DNA of 64,000 nucleotides, from positions 1,867 through 65,866 of the forward strand of contig JAZUPE010000017.1 in assembly GCA_045605025.1 (NCBI GenBank), written 5' to 3'. Below, piece after piece: positions 55,309 to 64,000 of this stretch. The first letter of the stretch is position 1. The number at the start of each line of letters is the position of its first letter. The position numbers and the translations under genes were made by a program. Source of the DNA: Acutalibacteraceae bacterium. Lineage in GTDB: Bacteria; Bacillota; Clostridia; Oscillospirales; Acutalibacteraceae. The notes below the pieces were generated by a model. That model was not told where the DNA came from. It searched no databases and was given only the letters and a program-made list of their open reading frames with translations.

Positions 55309-55522
55309 TACACACATCGCTCCTTTGCGTCGGGCATCAATTATACCACACATTGTACACAAATGCCACACTTTTTTGGCGTGACGGCTGTCAGGCGTTG
55401 GAAAGAATAACGTACCTGCAATATTGCGCCTGCGCATATTGCCAATTGCGCGGGAGAATGATATAATATTAACGAATATAGTTAATGTATTCATATGCCA
55501 CTACATTCAGAAAGGTAATAAT

Positions 55523-56251
55523 ATGCTGGAGCTTAAAAACTGCTCCTTCCGCGTGGACAACGCCGAAGGACGCGCAGATATTATCAAAGATGTCAGCCTT
55601 ACAATTGACGAAGGCAAGTTCATAGTCATCACCGGTCAGAACGGCGGCGGCAAATCCACCATCGCCCGTCTGATCATGGGTATAGAAAAGCCCACCTCGG
55701 GCAGCATTATCTTTGACGGACAGGACATCACCGACCTGTCCATCACCGAGCGTGCCCGTCTGGGTATAGGCTACGCTTTCCAGCAGCCTCCCAGATTCAA
55801 GGGACTGACCGTACGCAGACTTCTCAGTCTTGCCCACGGCAGCGATCTTCCCGAGGACGAATGCTGTTCTTATCTTACGTCCGTGGGACTTTGCTCCAAG
55901 GACTATCTCAACCGCGAGGTGGATTCCTCTCTTTCCGGTGGCGAGCTCAAGCGAATTGAGATCGCCACGCTGATGGCGCGCCAGCTGCGCCTTGCCATCT
56001 ACGACGAGCCGGAGGCGGGCATTGACCTGTGGAGCTTTGCCATGCTGGTCAACAGCTTCAAAGCAATGAGCAAAAACCGACACAACAGTGTCATTATAAT
56101 TTCCCATCAGGAGCGTATTATGTCGCTGGCGGACGAGATCATCGTCCTCAACGGCGGCGAGGTTGCCCGCAGAGGTCCCCGTGACGAAGTGTTCGGCGAA
56201 ATCATCGGTCAGCTCAACGACGGCTGCGAGTTTGGAGGTGCAAAGGCATGA
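55523..56251 (+). CDS. sufC: SufC-like Fe-S assembly ABC ATPase
   Basis: Walker A 'GQNGGGKST', signature 'LSGGELKR', 'IYDEPEAGID'. Followed by a SufB/D-like gene. Confidence 0.8.
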   Translation: MLELKNCSFRVDNAEGRADIIKDVSLTIDEGKFIVITGQNGGGKSTIARLIMGIEKPTSGSIIFDGQDITDLSITERARLGIGYAFQQPPRFKGLTVRRLLSLAHGSDLPEDECCSYLTSVGLCSKDYLNREVDSSLSGGELKRIEIATLMARQLRLAIYDEPEAGIDLWSFAMLVNSFKAMSKNRHNSVIIISHQERIMSLADEIIVLNGGEVARRGPRDEVFGEIIGQLNDGCEFGGAKA

Positions 56252-57174
56252 GTGATCTCAATTCCATAGAACGTACCATGCTGGAGGCGGTTGCCGACCT
56301 GCACGAAATCCCCGAAGGAGCGTACAATATCCGCAAGAACGGTGAGGGCTTCTCTCGCCGTTCTACTGAGGACATCGAGATTATCCCCAAGACCGACAAG
56401 CCGGGAATTGACATCATCATCAAGCCGGGCGTAAAGAACAAGAGCGTCCATATTCCCGTCATCATCACCGAGGCGGGCATAGACGACTGCGTGTACAATG
56501 ACTTCCATATCGGCGAGGACGCTGACGTACTCATCGTCGCCGGCTGCGGCATTCACAACTGCGGCGATCAGGACAGCACCCACAACGGTATCCATACCTT
56601 CCACATCGGCAAGGGCGCACGTATCCGCTATGTCGAGAAGCACTACGGCGAGGGCGACGGCGCCGGTGCCCGTATCCTCAATCCCGTCACCGAGATCTAT
56701 CAGGACGAGAATTCCGTCTGCGAGATGGAAATGGTGCAGATCAAGGGCGTTGATTCCACCGTCCGCACAACCACCGCCCATCTTGCCGCCAACGCTAAGA
56801 TGCAGATCATCGAGCGGCTTATGACCCACGGTCAGCAGCTTGCCAAATCCGATATGCGCGCCGAACTGGACGGCGAGGGCGCTTCCATGCAGATTATCTC
56901 CCGTTCGGTCGCCCGTGACGATTCGGTGCAGGTGTTCCATCCCATCGCTGTGGGCAACGCCGCCTGCCACGCGCATATCCAGTGCGATTCCATCATCATG
57001 GACAAGGCGAAGATCAGCTCCATACCCGAGATCGTGGCCACCCATGCCGATGCCGAGATAATCCATGAGGCTGCCATCGGACGCATCAACAACGACCAGC
57101 TCATCAAGCTGCAGACCTTCGGCATGACCGAGCTGGAAGCCGAGTCGGTCATCATCGAGGGCTTCCTCAAGTAA
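56248..57174 (+). CDS. SufB/SufD-family Fe-S assembly protein
   Basis: 308 aa. C-terminal 'HEAAIGRINNDQLIKLQTFGMTELEAESVII.GFL' is typical of SufB/D. ATGA overlap with sufC. Confidence 0.8.
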   Translation: MSDLNSIERTMLEAVADLHEIPEGAYNIRKNGEGFSRRSTEDIEIIPKTDKPGIDIIIKPGVKNKSVHIPVIITEAGIDDCVYNDFHIGEDADVLIVAGCGIHNCGDQDSTHNGIHTFHIGKGARIRYVEKHYGEGDGAGARILNPVTEIYQDENSVCEMEMVQIKGVDSTVRTTTAHLAANAKMQIIERLMTHGQQLAKSDMRAELDGEGASMQIISRSVARDDSVQVFHPIAVGNAACHAHIQCDSIIMDKAKISSIPEIVATHADAEIIHEAAIGRINNDQLIKLQTFGMTELEAESVIIEGFLK

Positions 57175-57222
57175 ATTCCGTCAGATTCCGTGCCATCCGA
57201 AACACAACGGAGGAATGATTCA

Positions 57223-58818
57223 ATGAAACGTGTTTTTCTTATCGTTCTTGACAGCCTTGGAGCCGGTGCGCTTCCCGATGCCGCCGAATACGGCGACGAA
57301 GGCTGCGGCACCATCAGAACCATCTCAAAATCATATAAATTCAATATCCCGAATCTGCTCCGGCTGGGACTGGGCAACGTGGAGGGGCTGGACTTCCTTG
57401 GGAAGAATATACGCCCCGCCGCGGCTTGCGCCCGTCTTGCCGAGCTGTCCAAGGGCAAGGATACCACCATCGGCCACTGGGAGATTTCCGGTGTGGTTTC
57501 CGGCCATCCGCTGCCCACCTATCCCGAGGGCTTCCCTCAGGAGATTCTTGACGAGCTGGTCAGACAGACCGGCCGCGGCTGGCTGTGCAACAAGCCCTAT
57601 TCCGGCACCGAGGTCATCAAAGACTACGGCGAAGAGCATATAAAGACCGGCAAGCTTATCGTCTACACATCTGCCGACAGCGTGCTTCAGATCGCCGCGC
57701 ACAACGACGTTGTGCCGCTGGAGGAGCTGTACGACATCTGCGCAAAGGCGCGCGCCATAATGCAGGGCGTACACGGTGTGGGCAGAATTATCGCCCGTCC
57801 GTTTGTTGGCAGGTATCCTGAATTTACACGCACCGGTGACCGCCGCGACTATTCCATCGAGGCTCCGGACCGTACAGTGCTTGACGTACTGAGCGAATCC
57901 GGACTTGATGTTATCTCCGTGGGCAAGATCAAGGACGTTTTTGTCGGCAGGGGAATAACCGAAGCTGTTGAAGCCCACAACAACAACGAGAGCATGGCGG
58001 CTGTCGACGCTCTTGTGGAAAAGGATTTCCACGGTCTGTGCTTCATTAATCTTGTGGACTTCGATATGCTGTACGGTCACCGAAATGATATCCACGGCTA
58101 TGCGAACGCCCTGACCGAGTTTGACCACTGGCTGGGAGGATTCCTTCCGAAGCTGCGTGATGACGACGTGCTGATGATCACCGCCGACCACGGCTGCGAC
58201 CCCGGCGATGTCAGCACCGATCACACCCGTGAGTATGTGCCGCTTTTGGTGTACGGAAAGGAGATCGCTCCTGTACGGCTGTCCACCCGCGGCAGCTTTG
58301 CCGACATCGCGGCAACCATCGCGGAGTGGTTTGACGTTCCGAAGGAAACAGAGGGCAGGAGTTTTGCACGGCTGCTGAAGCGTGGACGCAGGTCGGGCGG
58401 ACTGAAAAAAGATGAGCGTCAGCAGCTGGTGGAAAAAGCCAGGGAGGCAATGGAGTATTCTTATTCTCCTTACTCCGGCTGTACTGTTGGCGCGGCTCTG
58501 CTTGCGGCAAACGGTGAGATCTACACCGGCTGCAACATCGAAAACGCCGCCTTTTCGCCCACCAACTGCGCCGAGCGCACCGCAGTGTTCAAAGCGGTCA
58601 GCGAGGGTGTGACCGAATTCCGCGCCATCGCCGTCGCGGGCGGAAAAAACGGCGTGGTTGAGGGAGAGTTCCCTCCCTGCGGCGTGTGCCGTCAGGTGCT
58701 CATGGAATTCTGCGAGCCGAAGAAGTTCAAAGTCCTGCTGGTCAGCAGGGACGGATATCGCGAGGTTACGCTTGCCGATCTGCTGCCCATGGGCTTCGGC
58801 AGGAGCGACGTTAACTGA
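57223..58818 (+). CDS. deoB: phosphopentomutase (DeoB) fused in-frame to cytidine deaminase (Cdd)
   Basis: N-terminal 'VFLIVLDSLGAGALPDA', 'TADHGCDP' (DeoB, about 385 aa). Basic linker. C-terminal 'YSPYSGCTVGAAL...CNIENAAFSPTNCAERTA...PCGVCRQVL' (Cdd zinc motifs). Confidence 0.85.
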   Translation: MKRVFLIVLDSLGAGALPDAAEYGDEGCGTIRTISKSYKFNIPNLLRLGLGNVEGLDFLGKNIRPAAACARLAELSKGKDTTIGHWEISGVVSGHPLPTYPEGFPQEILDELVRQTGRGWLCNKPYSGTEVIKDYGEEHIKTGKLIVYTSADSVLQIAAHNDVVPLEELYDICAKARAIMQGVHGVGRIIARPFVGRYPEFTRTGDRRDYSIEAPDRTVLDVLSESGLDVISVGKIKDVFVGRGITEAVEAHNNNESMAAVDALVEKDFHGLCFINLVDFDMLYGHRNDIHGYANALTEFDHWLGGFLPKLRDDDVLMITADHGCDPGDVSTDHTREYVPLLVYGKEIAPVRLSTRGSFADIAATIAEWFDVPKETEGRSFARLLKRGRRSGGLKKDERQQLVEKAREAMEYSYSPYSGCTVGAALLAANGEIYTGCNIENAAFSPTNCAERTAVFKAVSEGVTEFRAIAVAGGKNGVVEGEFPPCGVCRQVLMEFCEPKKFKVLLVSRDGYREVTLADLLPMGFGRSDVN

Positions 58819-58831
58819 GAAAAATAATACC

Positions 58832-58868
58832 GGAGCGGCTGTCTCAGCGGGACGGCCGCTTCTTTTTT
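58832..58868 (+). terminator. rho-independent terminator
   Basis: 8-bp stem GGAGCGGC / GCCGCTTC (one G-U pair), followed by T6. Confidence 0.6.
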
Positions 58869-58929
58869 ACTGCCGCTAAATAAATGGCATGGGAATTGCC
58901 TGATTCCGGCGATAAATCCACACAATTAA

Positions 58930-58958
58930 TTGACTTTCCTGCATGTATATGGTAAAGT
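58930..58958 (+). promoter_or_regulatory. candidate promoter of the giant surface-protein gene
   Basis: TTGACT-17 nt-(TGg)TAAAGT, about 100 nt upstream of the GTG start. Confidence 0.45.
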
Positions 58959-59057
58959 TACTGTATGCTACTATAGGTATATTATGTGTAGCTGTACCCG
59001 TTTTTCTATACTAAATTTATATACACATCAGTCAATTACAGTCAGGAGGAATGACTT

Positions 59058-62000
59058 GTGAAGATCAGAAGTGAACTGAAAAGGATCAGGGAATGGATAA
59101 CAAAAGAGGGCAGAGGAAGAAAAGCGCTGCTTGTGGCGCTGTCTGTACTGCTGTCGCTCAATGTCATGCTGTCTGCCATGCCGCGTTCCGCGCTCGCATT
59201 TGACGGCGCGGTAAGTAATATGAACGAACTGCTTGACGCGGCTATGTATGGCTACGACGAGATAATCATCGATTCCAGTTTTGAAATAAACGAGACAGTC
59301 AGGATTAATAACAGTGCTATTCTTCGTCCTGCTTTTGAGGATGTGACTCTCACGCGTGCTGCAGGCTTCAAGGGCGCGCTTTTTGAGGTTTACGGCAGAA
59401 TTCTTTCGGACGACGAATTTGCACCTTATGTTTCGCTCTCTATCGGTGATGGAATAACCATTGACGGCAACAGCACTGCTGTTACAGCCGAAGCTCCGCT
59501 GGTGGAACTCAGCGGCGGTGAGCTTATTGTCTGCGGCGAACTTGTCAACAACAAAAACGGCGCGGCGGGTTCCGAGGGCGGCGCGGTAAAGGTTTGGCGC
59601 GGAAGACTCATCGTTGACGGCGGTCGCATTGCCGGAAACAGCGCGTATATCGGCGGTGGTATCTATGTCGAGGCTGGCGCTGTGCGGATTACCGACGGTG
59701 TTATTGAGAAAAACACCGCTTCCTACACCGGCGGCGGTGCCTGTATCAAAGATTGCGTCTCAGTGGCGATTTCCGGTGTGAACGCAAATAATGCATATCA
59801 GAACTCCACGGTAATTACCGGCAACAAGGCTCCCATAGGTGCCGGTGTCTATCTGAGCAATGTCCGTACCGACGGCGTAACCTATACCGTAAAGGGCGGC
59901 GTATATATCGACGACAATTTCATCGACAGTTCTTCCGCTGCTGCCATGCCCGGTACCGAGTGTAATCTCCTTGTTGAGAGCAGGTATGCGGTTCCTTCCT
60001 TCTCCGGACTTACCGGAAAGGCTGCCGTCGGATTCTATCCTATGCAAAACATGCAGATTCCCTGCGAGCTGGACTACTTCAAGCAGGGAAGACTGTTCTA
60101 TGATAATGATGTTCTGGACATCAACGGCAAGGAAATCCTTATCAACAATACCACCTACGCTTCCGGTATTGCCAATCTGAACGTAACCTCCACGAAGAAT
60201 GCTCTGGGAGAATATGACGGCGGTACTGTTCTTTCCGACATGGGTCAGGAGGTTAACTCGGTAAATAATCCGTCCGTTACGCTGGGATTCCCCGTGCATC
60301 TGATTGTGAACACCGAAGATAAATACACTCTTAAAGAGGGTTCCTTCAAAGTTACTACCGGAAGCGGAGATCTGCTGGCTCAGGGTTCTCCGAGCAACGG
60401 CGTATGGTACACATTTAACGGCGGTTCGGAGACCGTCAAGGCTGAGTTTGTAAAGGATGCCGTTCCGGTCGCTAAGGTCAACGGGGTCAATTACGCTACT
60501 CTTGCCGAAGCCTTTAAGGCATGTGAAGGAAAGCCGCAGGCACAGGTCGACCTGATAAAGGATCTGAAGATTGATTCCACCAGCAATCTGAATTACTGCC
60601 TGAGAGAATGTGTCGCGGTTCCGGAGGGCACAGTGATAACCCTCAGCGCGAAGGGCGACGGCAATGAGATCAGACGCGACAACAACTGGACTGGTTCACT
60701 CTTTGAAGTTCCGGCTCGCGCCAAACTCATTCTCGAGAATATTATTGTCGACGGAAACAAGAACGTAACGGGTGCGGAACCAGTTGCCGATGTATCCGGC
60801 GAACTGGTGCTGAATAATTCGAGCATCAAAGATGCGAACGGTATTGACGGCGGCGCGGTATACCTTGATAACGGCGCGCTTACCTTCAAAAACAAAGGCG
60901 TTATCGAATACAACACCGCAGTCAACGGTGCCGGCGTTTATATGACCGGTAGTGAAGCTGTGATTACCGGAAATATTTGCGAGGACTACAGTTCCGCCAA
61001 CTATGGAAATCCCGATCGCACCAACTGGGAGTTCAGATACAACACTTTCTCCGGCTGCGGCGGTGCTGTTTATATGGAGAACGGTACCGTAAAGGATTGT
61101 GAGATCGTAGCCAACAGCCCTGCTGCCGGCGCTGCCGACACTATGGGCGGCGGCATTTATGTCGAAAGCGGCAAGGTTATCAATACCGTTGTCGGTGCCG
61201 TTGAGGGTGAAGGTACCAGCTTCAGCAACAGCGCCCACACCGGCGGCGGTATCTACGCCGAAAGGCTGGCGATGAAGAACGTTTCCGTCACCAACAACTC
61301 TGCGACGGATATGGCGGGCGGCGTTTTCTGCGAGGACGAGCTGGTTGTTGCCGGCAGAATTGTTGTCGACAAGAACCAGGTTTCGAGTGCAGCCAGCAAC
61401 CTCTATCTGGATGTTGAACAGCTCACTCCGATCCGCGTAAACGGACAGCTTGACAGCAGTTCCGTGATCAAGCTCAATCTTTCCGAGACAGGCAACTCCG
61501 TTAACGGAACGGTTGTTGCCCACAGCGATTCTGTGCCGTTAAACGCTTCCAACGCGCAGAAGTTTGTGATCGAGAACGCTCCCCAGAGAGTGATCCGCGC
61601 CAACGACCGAAACGTGATTATCGATTCTGCCGCTGATTGCGTCAGTGTAACCATCAAAGCAAAGGATAATTCCGGTACGGTTACCGCTTCTCCGGAATTT
61701 GACAGCGTCGTCAGCATTCCGCTGGATGGCGGAAGGGCGCTGCTGGAGATCAGTAATCCTGATAGACTTGATGTGAAGGTTTCTCCTTCGGACGCAAACG
61801 CGATTTCTGTTCAGGAGACCTCTGATTATAATGGCGGATACGGTGTAAGCTATTACTATATTGATGTTCTGAAAGGCGCGTCCTCTGGCGGAAAGTATAC
61901 CGTGGAGGTCAGCGCGAGCTATGATTATCTGCGGCGTTCGCTCATGGAGTATGTCAATATTGACGAAGCCGGTAAGTTGATGATGGCTACAAATGAATAC

Positions 62001-64000
62001 GCCGGAAGTAATTATCCTTCTGCCGAAATTATTTATTCCACTGAAAAAGTAAACCCCTACGCGTCTCTCAATGCAAAGTATTATGTATGGGGTTCCGCGG
62101 AAAGTGATGATTCGGTAAAGAATCAGCTTAACAGCGTGAAGGAAGACCGAGTGAATGATTCTTACGCAGGTTATTTCCGCGCTGAACCTGTAATTACAAT
62201 ACCTTCCGTGGACAATGCTCCCGCGCTCGGTCCGATCGATGAGTCTCCGATTGTCACTATTACTCTGGATGTTACCGACTTCGCCGAAAACGGAGATTAC
62301 ATTGATGTAGCGTCCTACAACGCCATGATGAACGGAAACACTCCTGCGGGTGCCAGACTTCACAAGGATCTGCTTGTCAGAAACGGCTACGTGAGCTTTG
62401 ATGTTGCCAGAGGCACCGGAGCCAATCCGGACGTGGTCTACGCTGCCGTCGTGCGGCACAATGATTACGCCGCGTCCATCGGAACCGACAAGTATCATAC
62501 CCTCGCCGACGCGTTCGCCGCCGCGACTACCGGTGCAGAGATCAAGGTGCTCAGAGATGTAATCACCCGCTCCGCGCTTGTGGTTCCCTCCGGCAAGGCG
62601 ATCACCGTCAGCGCTGAAAACGGCGCACGTATTACCCGTTCGGAATTCTACAATGGCGCGATCTTCTTTGTCAGCTCCGGCGGTGAGCTTACGCTCAAGA
62701 ATATCGTGGTCGATGGCGGAGCGGAGATCGGTTCCGGCTCCTCGCTGACCAATACAGGCAATGATGCTTATGCGGCTATTGTCGCAAATCACGGCAAACT
62801 TTCCGTCAGCGGCAGTAGCGGATTTGAAAACGGCTTTATCGCTGACGATTACGGAAACAGCAGCGCGGACCGCAGCGGCGGTGCGCTGTATAACGGAGTG
62901 TCCGGTAACGCCACAATCAAAGACGCGTACTTTGACGGTAACTATGCCTATTTCGGCGGCGCGATCAACAACTCAGGCGATCTCAAGCTGGAAGGCTGCG
63001 AGATCACCGGCAATTACGCCGGTTCCGAGGGCGGCGCGATTTATTCCACCGGTAATCTCGGTCTTACCAATACCTCGGTCGCGTATAACAAATGCTCCTC
63101 CAAGGAAGCGGGCGGTATCTACAGCGCCGGCAAGCTGCTTATTGCGGGAGATGTGAACGCGGCATCCAACACCAACGGTCTGGGCGCTCTGAGCAATGTC
63201 CATAATTACAGCGATTCCCCGATCATTATCGCTGACGCGCTGTCCGACAGCTCCCGCATCGGTATCAGCAAGCCGGACAAGAGCGGCGATGTCATCGCCA
63301 AGGGTGACGGCACCAAGATCACCGATGCTACGACCTATAAGAACAGATTCTTCCCTGATGCCGGTTCGCTGGCGGTTACCGCTGACACCACCAACAAGAC
63401 TGTTGTGTTCGGTAGCACCAATGCCACCTACGTGACCGTGTCGCTCTCTTCGGGAAGCAACGGCACCATTTCTCCCGTGGGTGACGTAAAGGTCGCTTCG
63501 GGCGAGAGCCTCAAGATCACCGTTACTCCCACCGGGTCCTACGCGGTTGCGGATATCACCGTGGACGGCACAAGCGTTCTGTCGAGCGCGACGGTTGACG
63601 CAACATCCGGTGTTGCTACCTACACGCTGAGCAACATCACCGCCAACAAGAAGGTTGACGCTTCCTTCAAACGCACTCCCGGATCTGTCCTCACTTCCAC
63701 CGCATCTGCCAACGGTACCATCAGTCCTTCCGGAAAGGTCAACGTCAACAGCGAGGATACGGTCAAGTACACCATCACTCCCAGCGAGGGATACTATCTT
63801 GACTCTCTCAAGCTGACCGGCAAGGATGTGCTTGACGACGCTGTTCGCAACAAGGACGGTTCCTACACCTACGTTGCTTCCGGAATTACCGATGCCGACG
63901 CTACTCTCAACGCGGATTTCAAACCTATCTATGCGCCGAGAACACTCGTTGACACCGCTTCCGGCGTCGAGGTCACCGGCTCCCTGCACTACAAGGCAAA
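59058..64000 (+). CDS. very large secreted beta-helix (Pmp-repeat-like) surface protein, 3' end outside window (more than 1647 codons)
   Basis: My manual translation from GTG 59058 (AGGAGG 8 nt upstream) stays open to the window edge. Signal peptide 'ALLVALSVLLSLNVMLSAMPRSALA/FDG'. Repeated 'GGAIY/GGGIY/GGAVY' beta-helix rungs in three modules. C-terminal InlB-B-like repeats. Absent from the supplied ORF track. Confidence 0.85.
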   Translation, partial: MKIRSELKRIREWITKEGRGRKALLVALSVLLSLNVMLSAMPRSALAFDGAVSNMNELLDAAMYGYDEIIIDSSFEINETVRINNSAILRPAFEDVTLTRAAGFKGALFEVYGRILSDDEFAPYVSLSIGDGITIDGNSTAVTAEAPLVELSGGELIVCGELVNNKNGAAGSEGGAVKVWRGRLIVDGGRIAGNSAYIGGGIYVEAGAVRITDGVIEKNTASYTGGGACIKDCVSVAISGVNANNAYQNSTVITGNKAPIGAGVYLSNVRTDGVTYTVKGGVYIDDNFIDSSSAAAMPGTECNLLVESRYAVPSFSGLTGKAAVGFYPMQNMQIPCELDYFKQGRLFYDNDVLDINGKEILINNTTYASGIANLNVTSTKNALGEYDGGTVLSDMGQEVNSVNNPSVTLGFPVHLIVNTEDKYTLKEGSFKVTTGSGDLLAQGSPSNGVWYTFNGGSETVKAEFVKDAVPVAKVNGVNYATLAEAFKACEGKPQAQVDLIKDLKIDSTSNLNYCLRECVAVPEGTVITLSAKGDGNEIRRDNNWTGSLFEVPARAKLILENIIVDGNKNVTGAEPVADVSGELVLNNSSIKDANGIDGGAVYLDNGALTFKNKGVIEYNTAVNGAGVYMTGSEAVITGNICEDYSSANYGNPDRTNWEFRYNTFSGCGGAVYMENGTVKDCEIVANSPAAGAADTMGGGIYVESGKVINTVVGAVEGEGTSFSNSAHTGGGIYAERLAMKNVSVTNNSATDMAGGVFCEDELVVAGRIVVDKNQVSSAASNLYLDVEQLTPIRVNGQLDSSSVIKLNLSETGNSVNGTVVAHSDSVPLNASNAQKFVIENAPQRVIRANDRNVIIDSAADCVSVTIKAKDNSGTVTASPEFDSVVSIPLDGGRALLEISNPDRLDVKVSPSDANAISVQETSDYNGGYGVSYYYIDVLKGASSGGKYTVEVSASYDYLRRSLMEYVNIDEAGKLMMATNEYAGSNYPSAEIIYSTEKVNPYASLNAKYYVWGSAESDDSVKNQLNSVKEDRVNDSYAGYFRAEPVITIPSVDNAPALGPIDESPIVTITLDVTDFAENGDYIDVASYNAMMNGNTPAGARLHKDLLVRNGYVSFDVARGTGANPDVVYAAVVRHNDYAASIGTDKYHTLADAFAAATTGAEIKVLRDVITRSALVVPSGKAITVSAENGARITRSEFYNGAIFFVSSGGELTLKNIVVDGGAEIGSGSSLTNTGNDAYAAIVANHGKLSVSGSSGFENGFIADDYGNSSADRSGGALYNGVSGNATIKDAYFDGNYAYFGGAINNSGDLKLEGCEITGNYAGSEGGAIYSTGNLGLTNTSVAYNKCSSKEAGGIYSAGKLLIAGDVNAASNTNGLGALSNVHNYSDSPIIIADALSDSSRIGISKPDKSGDVIAKGDGTKITDATTYKNRFFPDAGSLAVTADTTNKTVVFGSTNATYVTVSLSSGSNGTISPVGDVKVASGESLKITVTPTGSYAVADITVDGTSVLSSATVDATSGVATYTLSNITANKKVDASFKRTPGSVLTSTASANGTISPSGKVNVNSEDTVKYTITPSEGYYLDSLKLTGKDVLDDAVRNKDGSYTYVASGITDADATLNADFKPIYAPRTLVDTASGVEVTGSLHYKA
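63427..63927 (+). repeat. two tandem repeats of about 83 aa (InlB B-repeat-like Ig/beta domains) within the giant ORF
   Basis: 'SNGTISPVGDVKVASGESLKITVTPTGSYAVADITVDG' vs 'ANGTISPSGKVNVNSEDTVKYTITPSEGYYLDSLKLTG'. Both end in '..A(S/D)FK'. Confidence 0.5.

Noticed and set aside
2469-55494. N-terminal extensions of many track ORFs (for example 2513, 5182, 8803, 17610, 18921, 21523, 41486, 48060, 48817, 55494)
   Set aside because: The extensions overlap neighbouring genes or lack SDs. Internal starts sit 5-11 nt downstream of GGAGG-type SDs and restore family-typical N-termini, so the starts were trimmed.
60696-63989. Minus-strand ORFs 60696-61523, 61539-62792 and 62973-63989
   Set aside because: They are antisense shadows of the uninterrupted plus-strand giant ORF, which has a signal peptide, an SD and repeated beta-helix rungs. 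Their products are Gly/Val/Asn/Arg-rich and low-complexity.
1-64000. CRISPR arrays, tRNA/rRNA genes, prophage or integrase genes
   Set aside because: Scanning the intergenic regions by eye, I found no regularly spaced direct repeats, no cloverleaf-like or rRNA-like segments, and no integrase, terminase or capsid-like ORFs. The only mobile element recognised is the IS3 copy. tRNAscan, Infernal or a CRISPR finder would be decisive.

Overview
64-kb chromosomal window from a fairly GC-rich (by eye), spore-forming Firmicute, probably Clostridia (yqfC-yqfD-phoH-ybeY, ylbJ, ylmH). No rRNA, tRNA or CRISPR array was seen. Content in order: (1) a histidine-kinase 3' end followed by an intact IS3-family insertion sequence. 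(2) A beta-glucan utilisation locus: GH9, a GH16 lipoprotein, an AraC regulator, GH5, a ChvE/GguAB-type sugar ABC transporter and a domain-permuted GH3. (3) A sporulation and ribosome-maturation cluster. (4) Mixed metabolism and transport genes: DegV, an esterase, a CDP-alcohol transferase, a nucleotidyltransferase-UxuA-GH13 operon behind a long AT-rich leader, TAXI-TRAP, a diguanylate cyclase, an AKR, FeoAB, a GNAT, a LytTR/DUF3021 pair, Maa, a serine hydrolase, CapA, DUF3737, LacI and TrmO. (5) A small islet at 48.9-52.5 kb. It encodes a 728-aa protein with a RyR repeat, a Rossmann-like domain and two 2-TM modules, then a free-standing 97-aa RyR-repeat protein, then a DUF45 HExxH peptidase. 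This islet is my best candidate for an undescribed conflict or defence-type system. (6) Housekeeping genes: an M18 aminopeptidase, Slt, CoaE, SufC/SufBD-like genes and a DeoB-Cdd fusion. (7) An open reading frame of more than 1647 codons for a beta-helix surface protein. It runs off the window end and is missing from the supplied ORF track. Many long ORFs in the track are antisense artefacts of GC-rich codon bias. All functional calls rest on motif recognition by eye; no database search was run.
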